Of a stretch of 64,000 nucleotides of DNA, positions 58,708-64,000 are shown one piece after another. The notes under the pieces are model-generated. The model did not search any database. It had not been told where the DNA came from and worked only from the letters and a program-made list of their open reading frames with translations. The first letter of the stretch is position 1, and each line of letters starts with the position of its first letter. This stretch comes from an uncultured Chloroflexia bacterium (lineage in GTDB: Bacteria; Chloroflexota; Chloroflexia; QHBQ01; JADMIH01): NCBI GenBank assembly GCA_963797095.1, contig CAWCNY010000007.1:128001-192000 (forward strand), given 5' to 3'. The position numbers and the translations under genes are program-made.

Positions 58708-60603
58708 CTATCTGTTGAGCAGTGAGCCTACGTATTGTAATAGCGCATTGGCGCAGGTTGCGCAATAGCCATGATCGGCTACTAAGCGGTCGATTACGTC
58801 GTTGATGCGGCGTAGCTGCTCCTGGTCGGGGGTTTTGACGGAGGTGGTGATCTTTACTACGTCGCGGAGATCAGCGAAGAGCTTCTTCTCGATGGCTTCG
58901 CGCAGGCGCTCATGGGAGCGATAGTCGAACTGTTGGCCCCGGCGTGCCAGGCTGGATATACGGATAAGTATTTCTTCGCGGAAGGACTTGCGCTGGGTGT
59001 CGCCAACCCCGATCTGCTCCTCTATGGATTTCATCAGGCCCTCATCAGGCTCCATCTCTTCGTCCGTGAGAGGATCGCGGAGCTTGCTGTGGTTGCAGTA
59101 GGCTTCGACGTTGTCGAGGTAGTTGTTGAGAAGGGTACGAGCCGACTCCTCAAAGGAATAGACGAACGCCTTCTGCACCTCGCGCTTGGCAATTTCGTCG
59201 TACTCTTTGCGCGCCTCGCCGAGCAGGTTGAGATAGTGCTCGCGCTGCTCGCGGGTTACGGAGGTGTGCTGCTCCAGGCCATCGCGGAGGGCACGCAGGG
59301 CGTCGATGGGGTTGATACAGGTCACACCTTCCCGCACCAGGGCGCTCGACAGGCGGTTGATCACATAGCGGGGGGAGATGCCGTCCATCCCTTCGCGGTC
59401 GGACTCTTCCTGTAGCTCCTTGAGATCCTTCTGCTTGAATCCGTCCACGTCCTCGCCGTCGTAGAGCTTGAGCTTCTTCATGGCGGTCATGCCCGCCTTC
59501 TTGGAAGGCTCCAGTCGAGTGAGTACCGCAAAAATAGAGGCGATATCGAGGGTGTGGGGGGAGATGTGGACGTTCTGGAGGGCGCTCTGCTTCAGGAGCT
59601 TATCGTAGATACGCACCTCGTCGCTGATGCGAAGGTTGTAGGGAACTTTGACGAGGATGATGCGGTCTTGCAAGGCCTCGCTCTTTTTGTTGCCGACGAA
59701 GGTCTTGTACTCGGTCTCATTGGTGTGGGAGACTACGACCTCGTCGGCGTAGATCATAGAGAAGCGTCCGGTCTTGATGTTCTGCTCCTGTGAGAGAGTG
59801 AGGAGTACGTAAAGGAAACGCTCGTCTACTTTCAACATCTCGATAAACTCGCACATACCCCGGTTGGCTACGTTTAGCTCGCCGTCGAAGCGATAGGCTC
59901 GTGGATCGCTCTCGGAGCCGTATTCACCTATGGTGGAGAGATCTATGGAGCCTGTTAGCTCAGAGACATCCTGGCTTTTGGGGTCGGATGGGGAGAAAGT
60001 GCCGATACCCATGCGCTTCTTTTCGGAGAAGGCGATACGGCGTACAGGGACGCGCTCAATATGTCCCTCGTAGGTGTGTTCCAGGTCGAACCGACAGCGG
60101 GGGCAAAGGTCGCCTTCGATGTAGATATCGTATTCGCGTCGAATATCGTCGCGCAATTCCATTGGGATCAGGTGCAAAGGCTCCTCATGCATAGGACAGG
60201 AGGCGATGGCGTATATGGCACCCTCCTCGGTGCGCGTGTAGGCCTCCAGCCCACGCTTGAGCAGGGAGACTATGGTGGACTTGCCACCTCCCACAGGACC
60301 CATGAGGAGGAGGATACGCTTGCGGACTTCGAGCCTCTGCGCACCTGAACTGAAGTATTCCACGATCTGCTGGATAGCTTTGTCCAGTCCGAAGATCTCA
60401 CCATCGAAGAACTGGTAGTGAGGCAGCCCAATTCGCCCCTCTTCCACACCGGTTTGCATGATCATATCGTAGATGCGCGCATGCGATAGCTGGGCCAACT
60501 TCGGGTTGGCGGTCACTATCTTGAAATAATCCTCGAAGGTGCCAGACCAGGTCAGCGCTTGCTCTTGCGCTCTGAACTCTTCAAGCTTCTTAATAAGGTC
60601 CAT
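58708..60603 (-). CDS. prkA: PrkA/YeaG family AAA+ ATPase / serine kinase
   Basis: GPVGGGKS, CPMHEEPL, DPRAY.FDGELN.ANRG, EALQDRI and GISPR. Confidence 0.95.
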   Translation of the reverse strand: MDLIKKLEEFRAQEQALTWSGTFEDYFKIVTANPKLAQLSHARIYDMIMQTGVEEGRIGLPHYQFFDGEIFGLDKAIQQIVEYFSSGAQRLEVRKRILLLMGPVGGGKSTIVSLLKRGLEAYTRTEEGAIYAIASCPMHEEPLHLIPMELRDDIRREYDIYIEGDLCPRCRFDLEHTYEGHIERVPVRRIAFSEKKRMGIGTFSPSDPKSQDVSELTGSIDLSTIGEYGSESDPRAYRFDGELNVANRGMCEFIEMLKVDERFLYVLLTLSQEQNIKTGRFSMIYADEVVVSHTNETEYKTFVGNKKSEALQDRIILVKVPYNLRISDEVRIYDKLLKQSALQNVHISPHTLDIASIFAVLTRLEPSKKAGMTAMKKLKLYDGEDVDGFKQKDLKELQEESDREGMDGISPRYVINRLSSALVREGVTCINPIDALRALRDGLEQHTSVTREQREHYLNLLGEARKEYDEIAKREVQKAFVYSFEESARTLLNNYLDNVEAYCNHSKLRDPLTDEEMEPDEGLMKSIEEQIGVGDTQRKSFREEILIRISSLARRGQQFDYRSHERLREAIEKKLFADLRDVVKITTSVKTPDQEQLRRINDVIDRLVADHGYCATCANALLQYVGSLLNR

Positions 60604-61449
60604 ACCTTTGTCCTTTCCCGATGAACTTTCCTTTCCGATGACTTTGCTTGCTGCCGCCTTTTGTTGCTTGAGTTAAGAGCGTATCAAAGGGTGCAAGTAA
60701 CCCAGGGTAGGAGCGTCATTGCTGGCGCTACCCTTTTGTGGCGACTGTGTTATTTAGTTGTAGGTGGTGGAATGACCCTCTAACAGTGAGGGCTTGGCTG
60801 GTTTGCCTGGTGTATGTAGCGTGTAAGCCCGAAACAGGATGAAGGCTAGCCATGCTCCCCGGTGAAGCATTGGCCTCTGATCCGGGCGTTGGAGGTGGAA
60901 CGTGCTGCTTCTGCTTCCGTTACCTCGTTTACATCTTGCGATGCAAAACACTCCCAGGGGATACGGTCACACTCTGGGAGCAAGAAAAGTGCCGATTAGT
61001 GTCCCGTTTGGTGCGGAACCGGCCCCTATTAACCTATTCGGTTATATATGTATGTTACCAGAGACCCCGCAATGTGCGCAAGTTTTCCACCAGGTATCAT
61101 TCGGCTAACTCTTGGCTGACAAAAGGGCTAATCAAGTGAAGAGTGTTTGTAAGGAGGTCGGGCGCCCACAATTTGTGTTTGGCGGTTCGCCTTACCAGTG
61201 TAACGAAGACTGCTAGAGCAGGTTGCATGCCACACTTTTGCGTATCTGCGTGGAGGCTTCTCACTGTTATGTACGCAGTGGTTTGCACTACCGTTGCACC
61301 ATCTACCCTTATACTCATGTTTTGGTGCCTGGGTGGTTCATTTTCTTGCTTAAGGTCTCCGGCTGGGGTTAGAATGTCAGCACCGCCCAGGGAGCCAGGT
61401 ACTACAGGCGGCATTTCGACAATGGGGGAGCATTGACGTAGAAAAGAGC

Positions 61450-62736
61450 ATGTTCAGGCACACAGCCGGTTTCAGAAAGTGCTTATTGACGGTGGTAGTG
61501 GTGCTGCTTCTGACGGCCTGTGGCACAGAGCCTATCGCCACTCCTTCACAATCTACGGCCACCGCGGCAATTGCTGTAGTCACGCATACCCCTGGCACGG
61601 GCACAGAAATAACCGCCACCGCAAGCGCCGGTGTGACAGAGGCACCAAGCGTCACCGGTGTAGATGCAGGTGGCGAGGTGAAGATAGGGTTCGCATTTGC
61701 TATGAGTGGTGACAATTCTGTGTATGGCATGTCGCAGAAGGCCGCTGCTCAGATGGCGCTTGACGAGATCAACGCGATGGGGACCGGGCCCAGACTGATC
61801 GGCATATTTGAGGATACGGGGGGCAAGCCTGAGCAGGCGCTTGAAGTGTTCCAAGAGTTCATCAATGACGATAATGTGGAGGCGATAATCGGGCCGACTC
61901 TCAGTAACGAAGCCAAAATAACAGATCCCCAGGCCCAGGAAGCCAGGGTTCCAGTGCTGGCGGTATCAAACACGGCGAGCGGTATCACCGATATTGGCGA
62001 TTACATCTTCAGGGATTCGCTGGCCGAGTCGCAGGTGATCCCGGAGACGATCAAGGAGGCTAAAGAGAAGCTGGATATTGAGAAGGTAGTGCTGTTGTAT
62101 GCCAGCGATGATGCTTTCAGCAAGTCAGGAGCGGATGTGTTCCGCGCGGAGCTACAGAAGAACGGTATCGAGATATTGAGCGAGCAGACATTCGGGACGA
62201 ACGATACAGATTTCAAGGCGCAACTGAGCGCGGCGAAGGCGGCAGGCCCCGACGCGATTGTGGTGTCGGGGTTGATCAACCCGGCCAAGTTGATCGTGCG
62301 ACAAGCGCGAGAGGATGTTGGGATCGATCCTGGTGTGCATATCATCGGGGGCAATGGGTTCAATTCTCCTGCGCTGATCGCCGATACAGATGGAGCAGCC
62401 GAAGGGGTGATAGTGGGGTCGGCGTGGACCGCTGTTTCGGGGGAGGTGTTGAGCCAGCAGTTTATTGAGAACTTCAGGAAGGCCAACGGGCTAGACCCGG
62501 ACCAGTTCGCGGCTCAGGCGCACGCAGGGGTTTACATAATGTATGACGCGATCAAGCGCGCCAATGTCGAGGGAAAATCGCTTGAAGATGCACGCACCGC
62601 CGTCCGCGATGCTCTCAGGGGCACGAGTGATTTGCCGACTGTGCTTGGGGATTTTTCGTTTACCGACAGACGCGATGCTAAACATCCGCCTATAGTGCAG
62701 ATCGTCGAGAACGGCAGGTTCGCACTGCTGAAATGA
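61450..62736 (+). CDS. branched-chain amino acid ABC substrate-binding lipoprotein (LivK-like)
   Basis: Lipobox LTAC; VKIG...SG...YG, IIGP..S and TDFKAQL. Confidence 0.88.
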   Translation: MFRHTAGFRKCLLTVVVVLLLTACGTEPIATPSQSTATAAIAVVTHTPGTGTEITATASAGVTEAPSVTGVDAGGEVKIGFAFAMSGDNSVYGMSQKAAAQMALDEINAMGTGPRLIGIFEDTGGKPEQALEVFQEFINDDNVEAIIGPTLSNEAKITDPQAQEARVPVLAVSNTASGITDIGDYIFRDSLAESQVIPETIKEAKEKLDIEKVVLLYASDDAFSKSGADVFRAELQKNGIEILSEQTFGTNDTDFKAQLSAAKAAGPDAIVVSGLINPAKLIVRQAREDVGIDPGVHIIGGNGFNSPALIADTDGAAEGVIVGSAWTAVSGEVLSQQFIENFRKANGLDPDQFAAQAHAGVYIMYDAIKRANVEGKSLEDARTAVRDALRGTSDLPTVLGDFSFTDRRDAKHPPIVQIVENGRFALLK

Positions 62737-62748
62737 ATTGTTCAGTGA

Positions 62749-64000
62749 ATGATACCTCGGCGATCCTGCATTTCGAGCAGGGCATATTTGGGGGTAGCGC
62801 GGGACGTGTTGGCTAAATATCGCCTTAGCCAGCCTGGAGCACTGGCTTTCCTGGCAGCGCTCTTGCCGATGGCAATATGGGCACTGCTCACGCTGATACG
62901 AGGCGTGGACCTTCGGGATTTCGAGCAGCACATCCACAACGGCGACCCCGGCAAGCTCAAGACCCCAATCCTGGCGCAGAGTTTTGTCAGCACACACGAC
63001 AATATCAGCCGCGTAGAATTGCAACTGAATACGCCGATCGCTCGCACGCTTCCGGCGGACCTGGGCACATGGCTTGGGAGGGGAGAGGGGCCGGATAGCA
63101 TGTCGCTGGATGGGTCGGTGCAGGGCGTATCGAAGGTCATAAGCGATACAAGCGGCTTCTATCTGTCGGTGGCTTTTCCGCCTGTGCAAGACTCGGCGGG
63201 GGTAACATATACGTTTCTGTTGAAGACGCCAGGGTATTCGGTCAATTCGGTGATGAGTCCGGCGTGGTCCACGGTCGACGCGCTCTCGTCGGGCGCAATG
63301 TACACGGAGGACGGGGCGCAGGGTGGGGACCTTGCTATCACCGTCTATTACCGCTACACGCTTTACACGATGATGGGCGACGTGTGGGACGCGATCACAG
63401 GGCACTGGTTCGAGATATTCGCCTGGTTGGCGGTGCTCTTGCTGCCGGGGTTGGCACTGCTGGTCTGGATGCCCAACGGGCTGAACGGCGGCCAGAGGAT
63501 GCTGGCCGCTCCCGGACTATCGGCGTTGCTCTTGCCGACCGTTATGCTGCTGGCGAGTTTGATCGGGCTGCCTATCGGGACGAACAAGCTGTGGGTGTTG
63601 CTGGTGTTGTGCGCGCTGGCGATTGGGGTTCGGGTCGCACTCGTATGGCGAGGGAGGCCGACAGGGGAGTGGCGGCAGGTGGACCGCCACTCTGTGGTAT
63701 TCTGGCTAACTTTCGCGGCAGTCACAGTTGTGACGATCATTACACGGCTCGTCTCGCTACGCGACCTGGAGGCGGGGGTGGGCATGGACGCCTACCACCA
63801 CACGATGGTCACGGCGCTGTTTGTGCGCGACAGCGGCATACCTCCTGGATACGAGCCGTTCGTGCCACTTACTTCGTTTACTTATCACTTTGGGTTCCAT
63901 ACATTGTCAGCTGTGATGGCGTGGCTGACGGGGACCACGCAGATCGCTGACTTGATGACGCTGGTGCCCAGGGTGGGGCAGATCGCGGGTAGTGTGCTGC
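62749..64000 (+). CDS. 3'-partial polytopic membrane protein, DUF6541/GT-C-like
   Basis: Open frame running off the window end, so absent from the ORF track. Multiple TMs, LLLPG, DAYHH and FTYHFGFH. Start is 62749 or 62806. Confidence 0.7.
   Translation, partial: MIPRRSCISSRAYLGVARDVLAKYRLSQPGALAFLAALLPMAIWALLTLIRGVDLRDFEQHIHNGDPGKLKTPILAQSFVSTHDNISRVELQLNTPIARTLPADLGTWLGRGEGPDSMSLDGSVQGVSKVISDTSGFYLSVAFPPVQDSAGVTYTFLLKTPGYSVNSVMSPAWSTVDALSSGAMYTEDGAQGGDLAITVYYRYTLYTMMGDVWDAITGHWFEIFAWLAVLLLPGLALLVWMPNGLNGGQRMLAAPGLSALLLPTVMLLASLIGLPIGTNKLWVLLVLCALAIGVRVALVWRGRPTGEWRQVDRHSVVFWLTFAAVTVVTIITRLVSLRDLEAGVGMDAYHHTMVTALFVRDSGIPPGYEPFVPLTSFTYHFGFHTLSAVMAWLTGTTQIADLMTLVPRVGQIAGSVL

Noticed and set aside
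55004-60603. Evidence for endospore formation
   Set aside because: prkA, yhbH and spoVR homologs are widespread in non-sporulating bacteria.

Overview
GC-rich bacterial chromosomal segment, most likely Chloroflexota (inferred from the FPETG/QYFERARFE cell-surface module, Cys-loop SLH domains and general gene content). It is mostly core and envelope genes. Identified: tRNA-Ala(CGC), a decayed mrr, murE, flippase/GT4, a GNAT x3-hutU-DUF433-ornithine cyclodeaminase-SDR run, fmt, a UDP-sugar dehydrogenase, corA, an ECF sigma/anti-sigma pair, peptide ABC permeases, a DoxX-Rieske fusion, mutS2, SLH proteins, argS, mnmA, tam and a prkA-yhbH-(novel gene)-spoVR operon. No CRISPR array, prophage or transposase was seen. 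Several otherwise intact genes carry single-base indels, which suggests assembly errors. The most interesting signals are: (i) a compact structured candidate sRNA/attenuator behind a perfect TTGACA-17-TATAAT promoter; (ii) a second long structured leader; (iii) many heptamer tandem arrays with different units, some inside mutS2; (iv) a shared uncharacterised N-terminal surface module on four unrelated secreted proteins; (v) a CpG-depleted SLH cassette; (vi) a DoxX-Rieske protein with an internal twin-arginine motif; (vii) a Zn-finger gene inserted in the prkA operon. All calls come from reading the sequence by eye; no database searches were run.
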